A stretch of DNA of 64,000 nucleotides from Candidatus Scatosoma sp. (GTDB lineage Bacteria; Bacillota; Clostridia; Christensenellales; Borkfalkiaceae), in the NCBI GenBank assembly GCA_045128055.1, contig JBGVRC010000120.1, forward strand, positions 21,133 to 85,132, read 5' to 3'. The notes below the pieces were generated by a model that saw only the letters and a program-made list of their open reading frames with translations, did not search any database and was not told the origin of the DNA. Shown here piece after piece: positions 17,924 to 26,888 of this stretch; position 1 is the stretch's first letter, and every line of letters starts with the position of its first letter. The translations under genes and the position numbers were made by a program.

Positions 17924-19169
17924 CACCCACGCGCGCAATACCGTTCGGTATTATATTTTAATCCTTCTCGTACTTTCGTTTTTATTCTTTTCGGGGGATT
18001 TCGGCTTGTTAGACGTACAAAAAACAGCCCTTATCCTTGCCGTCGGCATAGACAAGGAAGAAGACGAGTTTATCATCACTTCGCAAATCGCCCTGCCGCA
18101 GGATTCCAAACAAGGCAAATCCACACAAACCGTCCAGCTCGTCAGCCACGGCAAAACGGTCGCCGACGCCTTTGAAGAAATCAACGCAAAAACAGGCTGG
18201 TATCCTAAGCTCGTCTTTTGCAACCTTATCGTTTTAGGCGAAAGCGCCGTAACGGAAGACGTATTCGGCTCGCTTGACTATTTCATTCGCGACGAGTATT
18301 TTTCCGATAACTGCCAAATCGCAACCTGCGACGGCTACGCAAAAGACCTGCTCAACGTTTCCGCGTTGGTCGACCCGTCCAGCAGCACCGCCATCGGCAA
18401 AGTCCTTTCCGCGCACGCCGAACGGCTTGGTACGGTGTTGCCCACCACCCTGCACGACTTCGCCATCGGCTATTACGGGGACGCGCAATGCGCCTTTGCG
18501 CCCATCGTCACCACTCAGCCCCAGCAAGAACCCACCGCAAACGGTGAAAAGGATTCGGGCAACCAAAGCGGTCAAGGCGGACAGGGCGGCCAAGACGGAG
18601 CAAGCGAGCAGGGCGGTCAAAGCGGTCAAAACGGACAAAGCGGCTTGGCGCAACAGGAAAAACCCGTGTTCAGCGCCCGCGAAACGGCTTTGTTTTTGCG
18701 CGGAAAACGAGTCGCCACGCTCACCGCAGAAGAAACCTTTGCTTTCAACGTCGTCATCGCTTCCTTAAAGCTCGCCCCGCTCACGGTCGAAAAAGACAGC
18801 GCCGCCTGCACCTTGACGATAAAACACAACGACCCCAAGCTTTCCTTGCGCGTTTCCCAGGACGGCAAAGCCACCCTTTTGGTCAAGGTCACGCTGACGG
18901 CGGGGATTTTGGACTATTCGCAATCCCTGCCGCTTGACAAAATCGCCGACGCAGGGGACGTGCCCGACGGCATCTTTTTCGCCGCGGAAAAGAAATTAGC
19001 CGCGGATATACACTCCGTTTTCGACAAAGCGAAAGCCAGCGGCTGCGACTTGTTTGGTATTCAAGACCTACTTTTAAAACACAAACCGCGAAGCTTGCAA
19101 AAATACCAAAACACCATTTTACAAAACACCGCCGCCGACGTCAAAATCCATTTCCGCAACCTGCGCTAA
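17916..19169 (+). CDS. spore germination protein, Ger(x)C family, with G/Q-rich insert
   Basis: Third gene of the gerA-type operon; start set at MHNTHARN (AAGGAG RBS); insert GNQSGQGGQGGQDGASEQGGQSGQNGQSG. Confidence 0.75.
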   Translation: MHNTHARNTVRYYILILLVLSFLFFSGDFGLLDVQKTALILAVGIDKEEDEFIITSQIALPQDSKQGKSTQTVQLVSHGKTVADAFEEINAKTGWYPKLVFCNLIVLGESAVTEDVFGSLDYFIRDEYFSDNCQIATCDGYAKDLLNVSALVDPSSSTAIGKVLSAHAERLGTVLPTTLHDFAIGYYGDAQCAFAPIVTTQPQQEPTANGEKDSGNQSGQGGQGGQDGASEQGGQSGQNGQSGLAQQEKPVFSARETALFLRGKRVATLTAEETFAFNVVIASLKLAPLTVEKDSAACTLTIKHNDPKLSLRVSQDGKATLLVKVTLTAGILDYSQSLPLDKIADAGDVPDGIFFAAEKKLAADIHSVFDKAKASGCDLFGIQDLLLKHKPRSLQKYQNTILQNTAADVKIHFRNLR

Positions 19170-19195
19170 GCTTTCCATTTTGCCTTTCTTTCTCT

Positions 19196-19622
19196 ATGTG
19201 GAAAACGGAAATTTATCCACATAGCTTTTTGTGAAAATGAAAAAATTATGCAATATTTTGTCAAATTATGCATATATCCACTTGGCAAAACCCCGCAAAA
19301 TTTCTATTTTGTGGATAAATAAGGGTTGTCCACCCGTCGATTTCACAAATTGTGGATAACTATCACAAATCCTTTGTGGATAAAAAAGCATTTTCACGGA
19401 TTTCAGGGATTAATCGGGCAAAAAGGGGGCTTTTTCTGTGGATAACTATACCAAAACAAGCTTTTTCAAATCCTTTCAAAACCCTTGTTTTGGTGGAAAA
19501 CTTTTCTTTCGGGTGTATAATTTGCTCTTTATGCACGCTTTTTTGAATAAAATCGGGGCATTTATCCACAAACAAACGTTCTTTTGTTGTTTTATCACAA
19601 AACTTATCCACAGTTATCCACA
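19196..19622. other. DnaA-box cluster 1 (oriC half or DnaA-titrating cluster)
   Basis: Perfect TTATCCACA/TGTGGATAA at 19213, 19310, 19351, 19375, 19437, 19562, 19604 and 19614; one-mismatch boxes at 19196 and 19592; AT-rich stretch 19231-19275; GGGTTGTCCACC at 19323. Confidence 0.8.
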
Positions 19623-19651
19623 CCAAGCCAAATATTTCCGTATGCATAAAA

Positions 19652-19686
19652 AGAAAAACCGCGGCTTTGCACGCCGCGATTTTTTA
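19652..19686. terminator. bidirectional intrinsic terminator (ends cvpA)
   Basis: CGCGGC-loop-GCCGCG stem flanked by an A-run and a T-run. Confidence 0.65.
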
Positions 19687-19713
19687 TGCCGAAAACCTTT
19701 TAAAATTCCGTTT

Positions 19714-20439
19714 TTATAACATCAAACCGAAACATTTGATAATCAAATTTTGTTCGTATAACCAAGATAAGAAAATGGCGTCGGACAAATAACCTTCAAT
19801 CGTAGCCGACGGCATTAAGGTTACGATACCCAAAATCGCGTAGATAATCAGCAAAGCCTGAAACACGCCCACGCACGCGCCCAAAACAGCGTTCAAAGTA
19901 CCCAAAATAGGCAACGATTTGATGACTGCGGACAGAATTTTTTTGATTAGGAACAAAAGAATAAAGCTGATTGCAAACACAATCGCGCCCGCAATCAAAA
20001 GGGATAAAAGCCTTGCGCAAACTTCGCCCAACACCATCGCAAGCGTCGTGTTTTCGGGCAAGCCTTCGCCCGCGCCAAACCATTTTGTCGCCAAGCTTAC
20101 CAACACGCCGGGTAAATCCTGCTCTTTTAACGCATTTTCCAAGCCGTCCGCCGAAATCACGACGGAAAAACCTTCCGATTCGCTAAACGATTGCGTAAAC
20201 GAAGCCGTCAAGGATTCCTGTACGCCGAACAAACCGCCCGTCATATTCAACGTCGCTTTCGCAAGAGAAAACGCCAAAATCAAAGAAATCGTCACCGTAA
20301 CAAAGCCAAAAAAGCACTCGATAAAACCTTTTCGCATACATACGATAACGTAGCCTATAATAAAAAGTATCGCGATGGCGTCCAGGATATAATGCGACCA
20401 TTGCACCGCGCATACGTTTTGTAAAACCCAAGAAAACAT
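19714..20439 (-). CDS. cvpA: CvpA family membrane protein
   Basis: 4-TM ORF resembling colicin V production protein; ATG at 20439 with GAAAGGTG RBS. Confidence 0.78.
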   Translation of the reverse strand: MFSWVLQNVCAVQWSHYILDAIAILFIIGYVIVCMRKGFIECFFGFVTVTISLILAFSLAKATLNMTGGLFGVQESLTASFTQSFSESEGFSVVISADGLENALKEQDLPGVLVSLATKWFGAGEGLPENTTLAMVLGEVCARLLSLLIAGAIVFAISFILLFLIKKILSAVIKSLPILGTLNAVLGACVGVFQALLIIYAILGIVTLMPSATIEGYLSDAIFLSWLYEQNLIIKCFGLML

Positions 20440-20606
20440 ACGACTTTTCACCTTTCTTCACTTTTTATTGTAGTAAAATTATAACACATTTTTTCCCTTT
20501 TTTCAATAGCTAATACCATTCTTTTTCTCTTTTTTCTTTCCAAAAAAAGGTTTATTTTCTCTCTTTTTGTCAATACTTTGAAAACCACCAAACAAAGGAG
20601 CGAACA

Positions 20607-21260
20607 ATGGAATATTCCTTTCATATATATAATAAGCTCGCCGCCGACGGCGTTACTATGTCCGCAGAAAAACTCTTACGCGAAGCTTTTCAACGGAAAA
20701 AAGACAAAATGACGGGGGCAGGTACGCGTTCAAACGAAAAAAATAGTGATTTTACACCCCAAGCAACCGCAAAAAACGAAGCCCCGCCCCCCGTCGTCGT
20801 TTGCGTGGGGAGCGACCTTGCCATCGGGGATAGCTTAGGCCCTATTTGCGGCTCTCTTTTAAAATACAAAACACAGGGGGTCCAATGCTTTTTGTACGGC
20901 ACGCTCGCCGCCCCCGTCACCGCAAAAGAAATTAAATATATGCGCTCCTTTTTAAAAAAGACCCACCCAAATAGCCCGATTTTGGCAATCGACGCGGCGG
21001 TGGGGGAGAAAGGGGACATCGGCGTTATCCGCGTCACCGACTCCCCCTTGTTTCCAGGCGCAGGCGCAAATAAGCAGCTCGGCAGTCTTGGCGACGTGTC
21101 TATTTTGGGTATCGTAGCCGAAAAATCGGTAACAAACTACGGCATTTTAAACACTACCCGATTGAATTTGGTGTATACCATGTCCGAGATTATTTCCGAA
21201 GGGGTGTCCGCTTTGCTTTGGGAGCAGGCAGGAAAATCCACTTACTTGCAAAATGCGTAA
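20607..21260 (+). CDS. yyaC: sporulation protein YyaC (GPR-like protease fold)
   Basis: 217 aa; VCVGSDLAIGDSLGPICG core typical of YyaC; about 60-aa variable N-terminal extension. Confidence 0.8.
   Translation: MEYSFHIYNKLAADGVTMSAEKLLREAFQRKKDKMTGAGTRSNEKNSDFTPQATAKNEAPPPVVVCVGSDLAIGDSLGPICGSLLKYKTQGVQCFLYGTLAAPVTAKEIKYMRSFLKKTHPNSPILAIDAAVGEKGDIGVIRVTDSPLFPGAGANKQLGSLGDVSILGIVAEKSVTNYGILNTTRLNLVYTMSEIISEGVSALLWEQAGKSTYLQNA
20711..20733 (+). repeat. dispersed motif M07 (G-run class)
   Basis: GACGGGGGCAGGTACGCGTTCAA; 15/15; sense in yyaC (TGAGTRS). Confidence 0.9.
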
Positions 21261-21276
21261 ACTTTATAAAAAACGA

Positions 21277-21306
21277 TTGACAAACCCCACGCCTTGGTCT
21301 TATAAT
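21277..21306 (+). promoter_or_regulatory. sigma-A-type promoter of queT
   Basis: TTGACA (21277-21282), 18 nt spacer, TATAAT (21301-21306). Confidence 0.6.
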
Positions 21307-21315
21307 AGAAAAACA

Positions 21316-21364
21316 AAGGAAGGTTTTCGGTAGAACACTTCCTTACAATAAAAAAACCGAGGAC
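21316..21364 (+). promoter_or_regulatory. preQ1-I-like riboswitch
   Basis: GGAAG...CUUCC P1 stem; loop UCGG can pair with CCGA after an A-rich tail (UUACAAUAAAAAAACCGAGGA), which would sequester the SD; lies upstream of queT, a known preQ1-regulated gene. Confidence 0.6.
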
Positions 21365-21370
21365 ACATAA

Positions 21371-21898
21371 ATGAAAACATCCATCACCAAGCGTCTTTGC
21401 CGCGCAGGTATTATCGCCGCGCTGTACACGACGTTGACGTACGTTTTTGCGCCCTTTGCCTTCGGACCTTTTCAAATCCGTCCCGCAGAGGCGCTTTGTC
21501 TTTTAGCTCTTATCTACCCCGAAGCCATACCCGCGCTTGCCGTTGGCTGCGCGCTGTCAAACTTGGCTTCACCCTACGCCTTTTACGATATAACGTTCGG
21601 ATCGCTCACAACCCTGCTTTCCGCGTTCATCACGTACCTGGTAGGGGCAAAATTAAAAAATAAGCCTTTAAAAATCTTCGTCGGCGGACTTTTTCCCGTC
21701 CTTTTAAACGCCTTTTTGATTCCGTTCGTCATCGTATTTTTATGCGACGGCGGTGGGGATTCCGTATGGGTGGCATACTTCACCTTTGTCGGCTCTATCT
21801 TCCTTACGCAAAGCGTTTGGGTGTACGGGCTCGGCGCGCCGTTATACGTTACGATTGCGCGTTTAAAGAAAAAAGGCGTCCGTTTTTTAGCGGATTGA
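21371..21898 (+). CDS. queT: queuosine precursor transporter QueT
   Basis: 175-aa 5-6 TM ORF with a QueT-like N-terminus (IAALYTTLTYVFAPFAFGPFQIRPAEAL). Confidence 0.85.
   Translation: MKTSITKRLCRAGIIAALYTTLTYVFAPFAFGPFQIRPAEALCLLALIYPEAIPALAVGCALSNLASPYAFYDITFGSLTTLLSAFITYLVGAKLKNKPLKIFVGGLFPVLLNAFLIPFVIVFLCDGGGDSVWVAYFTFVGSIFLTQSVWVYGLGAPLYVTIARLKKKGVRFLAD
21626..21649 (-). repeat. dispersed motif M08 (CCWGG class)
   Basis: + strand reads TTCATCACGTACCTGGTAGGGGCA; 14/15; in queT. Confidence 0.8.
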
Positions 21899-21962
21899 CC
21901 GCTTTTTCCCGATATTTTTAGCAAAAAATACCTTTTTCGCCAAAAAAATTTTCAAAAAAGTA

Positions 21963-21991
21963 TTGCATTTTGGCTTTGCGTGTAGTATAAT
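21963..21991 (+). promoter_or_regulatory. sigma-A-type promoter
   Basis: TTGCAT (21963-21968), 17 nt spacer, TATAAT (21986-21991). Confidence 0.55.
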
Positions 21992-22014
21992 ACATCTCCA
22001 AACAAAACTAAACA

Positions 22015-22061
22015 AACAACTTTCCGTAGTTTCTGTATCAAATACGGCAAAGTTGTTTTTT
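22015..22061 (+). terminator. leader terminator/attenuator hairpin upstream of 22078 gene
   Basis: AACAACTTTCCGTA / TACGGCAAAGTTGTT 14-bp stem (one bulge) followed by T6, ending 5 nt before the RBS. Confidence 0.6.
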
Positions 22062-22077
22062 AATATAGGAGTAAATT

Positions 22078-23193
22078 ATGAAGAGAAGATTTAAATTATC
22101 CACAGCGCTCGACATTGACGACGTTTTGATGGAATGTACGGCGTACGCAGTCAAGCTCGCCAACGAAAAATACAAATTTGACCCGCCCCTTTCCATTTAC
22201 GAAATCAAACAATGGGGCAAGCAGGGCACTCGCTCGGACGTGATACACGAATTTTTTTCCGACCCCGATTTCTATCGCACCCAACCCGTGATGGAAGGCG
22301 CAAAAGAATTCGTCCGCGAGCTTTCCAAACGCACGGAAGTATTCGTTTCCACGGCTATCCCGCCCGAGTTTATGGGCATTCGCGCTAAGCGTATCTTGGA
22401 AGAATTCCCCGAAATCCCCGCCGATCACATTTACATGGGCGCGCGCAAGGATAAAATCAAGGTGGACATTCTTTTCGACGACGGTATGCACAACGTAATG
22501 CGTTCCAGCGCGCAGTACCCCATTTTACGTCGTTGGCCTTGGAACCAAGCGGCTACGGGCGTGCTCGCCGTCAACACCTACGACGAATTTTTAAAGATGG
22601 TGGAAGTGATAGCCGACAGCTATTCGATAAAGCAAGACGCGGAGATTTTAAGCGAACCGAGCGCCGTCGTTTTCGTCGGACCTTCGGGCAGCGGGAAATC
22701 CAAGATCGCTACGCAAATTTTATCCAAGACGGATAAGTTTGAAAAACTCGTCAGCTACACCACCAAAGACCCCACCGCCGTCACACCCAACGCTTGGTAC
22801 AACTACGTTTCGGAAGAAACCTTTATCCAAATGAAAGAAAGCGGAGAGCTGTTTCAATCGACCATGTACGCAGGGCAGGGGTACGGCTCGAAAAAATCGG
22901 ACGTAGAAAAAATTCTATCTTCCGGAAAACACGTGTTGGCTACTATGGATATTTGCGGCGCGATGTCGCTCAAAACCAACTTCAAAAACGTTATCACCAT
23001 TTATATCAAGCGTGATAAAAAGGGCTTGCTTGGCAACATTTTGCGCAAAAACTCGTCCATCGAAGACAAAGTAAACCGCATCATCGCCATCGAATCGGAA
23101 GCGCAAACGGCGGCGATTTGCGATTACGTAGTCGAATTTGACAACTACGCAGACGCCATCGCGCAGGTCAACGAAATTTTAAAAATCAAATAA
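22078..23193 (+). CDS. fusion protein: HAD 5'(3')-deoxyribonucleotidase-like domain + guanylate-kinase-like P-loop domain
   Basis: 371 aa; N-terminal LDIDDVL HAD motif; C-terminal VGPSGSGKS Walker A and YTTKDP... GK-like segment. Confidence 0.65.
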   Translation: MKRRFKLSTALDIDDVLMECTAYAVKLANEKYKFDPPLSIYEIKQWGKQGTRSDVIHEFFSDPDFYRTQPVMEGAKEFVRELSKRTEVFVSTAIPPEFMGIRAKRILEEFPEIPADHIYMGARKDKIKVDILFDDGMHNVMRSSAQYPILRRWPWNQAATGVLAVNTYDEFLKMVEVIADSYSIKQDAEILSEPSAVVFVGPSGSGKSKIATQILSKTDKFEKLVSYTTKDPTAVTPNAWYNYVSEETFIQMKESGELFQSTMYAGQGYGSKKSDVEKILSSGKHVLATMDICGAMSLKTNFKNVITIYIKRDKKGLLGNILRKNSSIEDKVNRIIAIESEAQTAAICDYVVEFDNYADAIAQVNEILKIK

Positions 23194-23195
23194 AG

Positions 23196-23235
23196 CAAAA
23201 AACGACCCGTTTTTCGGGTCGTTTCGTTTTTATTT
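23196..23235 (+). terminator. intrinsic terminator
   Basis: AACGACCCG-TTTTT-CGGGTCGTT stem followed by a T-rich run. Confidence 0.75.
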
Positions 23236-23240
23236 CTTGT

Positions 23241-23264
23241 TTCATCGCGTACATGGTACGACTA
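23241..23264 (-). repeat. dispersed motif M09 (CATG class)
   Basis: + strand reads TTCATCGCGTACATGGTACGACTA; 15/15; intergenic after a terminator. Confidence 0.9.
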
Positions 23265-23318
23265 TTTTCCTTTTCTGCAATAAAAAGCTCCGTTTGTACG
23301 GAGCTTTTTTCTCATTGT

Positions 23319-23594
23319 TTACGCGTTGGGATAAACGCTTGCTTTTTTCTTGTCTTTGCCCATTCTTTCATAACGAACAACGCCGTCAACAAGAGCAAAC
23401 AACGTATCGTCTTTGCCGATGCTTACGTTCGTGCCGGGATGAATTTTCGTACCTCTTTGGCGAACGAGAATGTTGCCAGCGAGAACAGCTTGACCATCGC
23501 TACGCTTTACGCCAAGTCTTTTCGCTTCGCTGTCTCTACCGTTGTGGGAAGAGCCGGTACCTTTTTTATGAGCGAATAAACTGATAAAAATCAT
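23319..23594 (-). CDS. rpmA: 50S ribosomal protein L27 with N-terminal propeptide
   Basis: 91 aa; MIFISLF precedes the conserved AHKKGTGSS mature N-terminus. Confidence 0.95.
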   Translation of the reverse strand: MIFISLFAHKKGTGSSHNGRDSEAKRLGVKRSDGQAVLAGNILVRQRGTKIHPGTNVSIGKDDTLFALVDGVVRYERMGKDKKKASVYPNA

Positions 23595-23659
23595 CTTTAT
23601 TTCTCCTTAAATTCAAATTTTCCTGTCCTTTTTATCAGGACGAAGTGCAGCATAAGTAA

Positions 23660-23965
23660 TTAGAGTTCGATCTTTTCAACTTTTACTGCGGTGAAGGGCT
23701 GTCTGTGACCCTGCTTCTTACGTTCGTTTTTCTTAGCTTTGTACTTGAAGACGATGATTTTCTTCGCCTTGTCTTGCTTAACGACCGTAGCGGTAACTTT
23801 TGCGGATTCAACTTCCGCGCCCGTCTTGATACCGTTTTCGTCAGCAACCATCAATACTTTGAAGGATACGGTTTCGCCTTCCGCTGCTGCGAGCTTTTCA
23901 ACTCTTACAACGTCGCCTTCCGCTACTTTGTATTGCTTGTTGCCGTTATCGATGATAGCGTACAT
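23660..23965 (-). CDS. rplU: 50S ribosomal protein L21
   Basis: 101 aa starting [14 protein letters not shown]. Confidence 0.95.
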   Translation of the reverse strand: MYAIIDNGNKQYKVAEGDVVRVEKLAAAEGETVSFKVLMVADENGIKTGAEVESAKVTATVVKQDKAKKIIVFKYKAKKNERKKQGHRQPFTAVKVEKIEL

Positions 23966-24085
23966 AAAAAGTTTTTACCTCCTCTTTCCAGTCTCGAAGA
24001 ATATCCAAGGCGCAGCATTTTATAAAAAATTGCTGACTTAAAAAAGCCCGTTTCTATCGGCTCGACTATCACTATACCATATTTT
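23966..24085 (-). promoter_or_regulatory. possible L21-operon leader
   Basis: On the - strand, a TATAGT -10 box followed by AGCC...GGCT + T6 hairpin and a second CAGCA...TGCTG hairpin before the rplU RBS. Confidence 0.35.
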
Positions 24086-24167
24086 TTTCGCTTCCGTCAA
24101 GCATTTTTGCTTTATTTTGCGTATTTTTTTACTTTTTTTCAGCATACTAAACGAAAAGGAGAGATTT

Positions 24168-24614
24168 ATGGAAAACAAAGCAATCAAAAAAACGGAAGAA
24201 GCCCTTGCGGAAATTTATCGCAACGCCCAACTCGCGCTCGTGTCCATTTCTGACATTTTGCCCGCTGTGGAAGACGAAACGATTAAAAACGAGCTGCATT
24301 CTCAACACGAAGAATACGAACGCTTTTCGGCAAAAGCCGCCGTTCTTGCCCGCGATATGGGCTTGGAATTAAAAGAACCCAACCCTATGAAAAAGGCTAT
24401 GATGTGGGGTTCTATCAAAATGAACACGTTGACGGACAACTCCCGCTCGCACATCGCGGAAATGATGGTGCAGGGCACGGTTATGGGCATCACCGCTCTC
24501 CGCGCGACGGCAGGGGACGTACCCGCCGACGGCAATCAGGAAATCATTTCCCTTTTAAACGAGATGATCCACAAGGAAGAACAGTTTGAAAAAACGTGGA
24601 AAAACTACCTTTAA
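24168..24614 (+). CDS. hypothetical helical protein
   Basis: 148 aa from MENKAIKK (AAGGAG RBS); no family recognised. Confidence 0.6.
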   Translation: MENKAIKKTEEALAEIYRNAQLALVSISDILPAVEDETIKNELHSQHEEYERFSAKAAVLARDMGLELKEPNPMKKAMMWGSIKMNTLTDNSRSHIAEMMVQGTVMGITALRATAGDVPADGNQEIISLLNEMIHKEEQFEKTWKNYL

Positions 24615-24636
24615 TATCTTTTCAATGCATCATAAG

Positions 24637-24660
24637 ACCCGCCGCAAGGCGGGTTTTTTG
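24637..24660 (+). terminator. intrinsic terminator
   Basis: ACCCGCC-GCAA-GGCGGGT followed by T6. Confidence 0.8.
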
Positions 24661-24680
24661 TCTTGTACCCATATTATTAT

Positions 24681-24704
24681 TTCAACGCGTACCTGCCCCC
24701 GTCG
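24681..24704 (-). repeat. dispersed motif M10 (G-run class)
   Basis: + strand reads TTCAACGCGTACCTGCCCCCGTCG; 15/15; intergenic. Confidence 0.9.
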
Positions 24705-24711
24705 TTTTTCA

Positions 24712-24735
24712 TTTAACCCGTACCTGGTATGCCCG
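24712..24735 (-). repeat. dispersed motif M11 (CCWGG class)
   Basis: + strand reads TTTAACCCGTACCTGGTATGCCCG; 13/15; in tandem with M10. Confidence 0.7.
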
Positions 24736-25013
24736 TTTTACCAAACAAAGCTTTTCAAGCGGGGAATATTTTTATATATTCCCCAAGAAAATATCCCCCG
24801 TTCCTTTACTTTTTTAAAAATTTGTGTTATAATGGAAAATGCGAGAGAATACGGGGTTTTCTCCACAACAACGAAACGGGGAGAAAACCAACCATTTTTT
24901 GCCCATTCTCCCGTGATAGCAAAAATAAAAATTTAAGAGATTATTCTATAATCTCTTAAAAGTATAAAAAACACTTATATTTTATCGGGATTTTTACCCC
25001 GAAAAAGGATACT

Positions 25014-25988
25014 ATGCAAACGCTTTTTCAGTCTTTAAAGGCATACCGCCTTATCAAAACCGAATATGCGGAAAACAAGCTTTCGCACGCGTATATGCTC
25101 TTGTTCGACGATACGCGCAATCTTCGTTTCGCTTTAAAAACGTTTGCAAAAATTTTCTTTTGCGAAGACGAATTTTCCCCCGATTTCGCCCGTATTTCTT
25201 CCCTTATCGACGACGAAGCTTTTTCCGATTGTTTGCTTTTCCCTGCCGAAAAGGACAAAAAGATTAAGGTGGAAGACGCGGAAAAAATCGTAGAAGAAAG
25301 CCTTTTAACCCCCGTCGAAGGGGATAAAAAGCTGTTTGTCATCGGCGACTTTGCCGAAGCTAACGTACAAACACAAAACAAGCTTTTAAAGCTCTTGGAA
25401 GAACCGCCCAAAGGCGTGTATTTCCTTTTGGGCGCAACTTCTCCCCACTCCGTCCTTACCACCGTCTTATCCCGCGTAAAAACGCTGGAAATAAACGGGT
25501 TTGAAACAAATTTACTCACCCAGGCGTTGGCGCGGATTTACGGCGATAAATACGAAAAAACCGCCCTTTCCTTGTGCGCGGCGGCAGCGGACGGAAGCCT
25601 TGGCAAAGCGCAAAATATGCTGGAAGGCGGGTATTACAAAAACCTTTTGGAAGACGCAAAAGAGCTGTGTCTTTGCGAGAATTACCGCTTGCCGAGCGTA
25701 GTGAAAACGGTTGGCGAAACCAAACGCCAAAAAGAATTTTTATCCGTTTTACGGCTGATTTTCAGGGACGCTTTGGTGTTGAAAGCCCAAGGCAAAGCGG
25801 GCGAGAAAAATCTTCTTTTGCAAGCGGAAAAATCCGCTTTGTACGAAGTGGCGGAAAAATACTCCGCCCACGCGCTCTTGTTTGCGCAAGAAGCCCTTTC
25901 CGCAGCGGAAAAACAAATCTTCACAAACGCGAATTTCGCGCAATGTATAGAAATTTGCGCGGCAAAAATCCGAAAAGAAAACAAATAA
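25014..25988 (+). CDS. holB: DNA polymerase III delta' subunit
   Basis: 324 aa; LSHAYML start region and NKLLKLLEEPP box; followed by yaaT as in Bacillus. Confidence 0.85.
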   Translation: MQTLFQSLKAYRLIKTEYAENKLSHAYMLLFDDTRNLRFALKTFAKIFFCEDEFSPDFARISSLIDDEAFSDCLLFPAEKDKKIKVEDAEKIVEESLLTPVEGDKKLFVIGDFAEANVQTQNKLLKLLEEPPKGVYFLLGATSPHSVLTTVLSRVKTLEINGFETNLLTQALARIYGDKYEKTALSLCAAAADGSLGKAQNMLEGGYYKNLLEDAKELCLCENYRLPSVVKTVGETKRQKEFLSVLRLIFRDALVLKAQGKAGEKNLLLQAEKSALYEVAEKYSAHALLFAQEALSAAEKQIFTNANFAQCIEICAAKIRKENK

Positions 25989-26018
25989 GCAGCGGTTATG
26001 TCTGCATAAGGAATATTT

Positions 26019-26879
26019 ATGATAAAAGTAGTTGGTATTAAATTTAAAAACGGCGGGAAGCTGTATTACTTTTCGCCCAAAGCAGGGGACGTGTACGAAC
26101 GGAATATGCCCGTCGTTGTGGAAACTTCGCGCGGTTTGGAATACGCTTGGGTGGCGTATCCCGAAAAAATCGTTTCCGACGACGAAGTGGTACAACCCTT
26201 AAAGCCCGTCATTCGTATCGCCACGCAAAAGGACAAAGAATATTACGCCGCTTGCGAAGCAAAACGCCCGCAAGCTATGCAAATTTGCAGGGAAAAAATA
26301 GCGGCGCGGGGCTTGGAAATGAAGCTTGTTGACTGCGAATACGCTTTTGACGGCAGTAAGATTTCTTTCTTTTTCACGTCCGACAATCGCGTGGATTTCA
26401 GAGAGCTTGTCAAAGATTTGGCTTCCACTTTCCATTCCCGTATCGAGCTTCGCCAAGTGGGTACGCGCGACGAAACCAAGTATTTGGGCGGGCTTGCGCC
26501 CTGCGGCAGAATTTGTTGCTGCGCGGGGAATATGCCCGAATTTAAAAAGGTGAGCGTGAAGATGGCGAAAACGCAGGGTCTTTCCTTGAACCCCGGTAAA
26601 ATCAGCGGGCTTTGCGGTAGGTTGATGTGCTGTTTGAGCTATGAAAACGATTACTATGCCGAAGCCAGCAAGAAAATGCCGAAAATCGGCTCGGAAGTCA
26701 GCACGCTGGAAGGCAAGGGCATCGTCGTGTCCGTCAATATGCTGAAAATGCAGGTAAAAGTGAAGATTGACGATAGAAACGGCGACTGGATTTATAAGGA
26801 TTTCGACGTGGAAGACGTACGCTTTAAAAAGCCTATCAACAGCGACAAAGCGGACGATGACGACAAAGATGATGAATAA
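26019..26879 (+). CDS. yaaT: PSP1-domain stage 0 sporulation protein YaaT/RicT
   Basis: 286 aa; PSP1 core and Cys-rich CGRICCC / CGRLMCCL motifs. Confidence 0.9.
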   Translation: MIKVVGIKFKNGGKLYYFSPKAGDVYERNMPVVVETSRGLEYAWVAYPEKIVSDDEVVQPLKPVIRIATQKDKEYYAACEAKRPQAMQICREKIAARGLEMKLVDCEYAFDGSKISFFFTSDNRVDFRELVKDLASTFHSRIELRQVGTRDETKYLGGLAPCGRICCCAGNMPEFKKVSVKMAKTQGLSLNPGKISGLCGRLMCCLSYENDYYAEASKKMPKIGSEVSTLEGKGIVVSVNMLKMQVKVKIDDRNGDWIYKDFDVEDVRFKKPINSDKADDDDKDDE

Positions 26880-26888
26880 TAACTAAAT

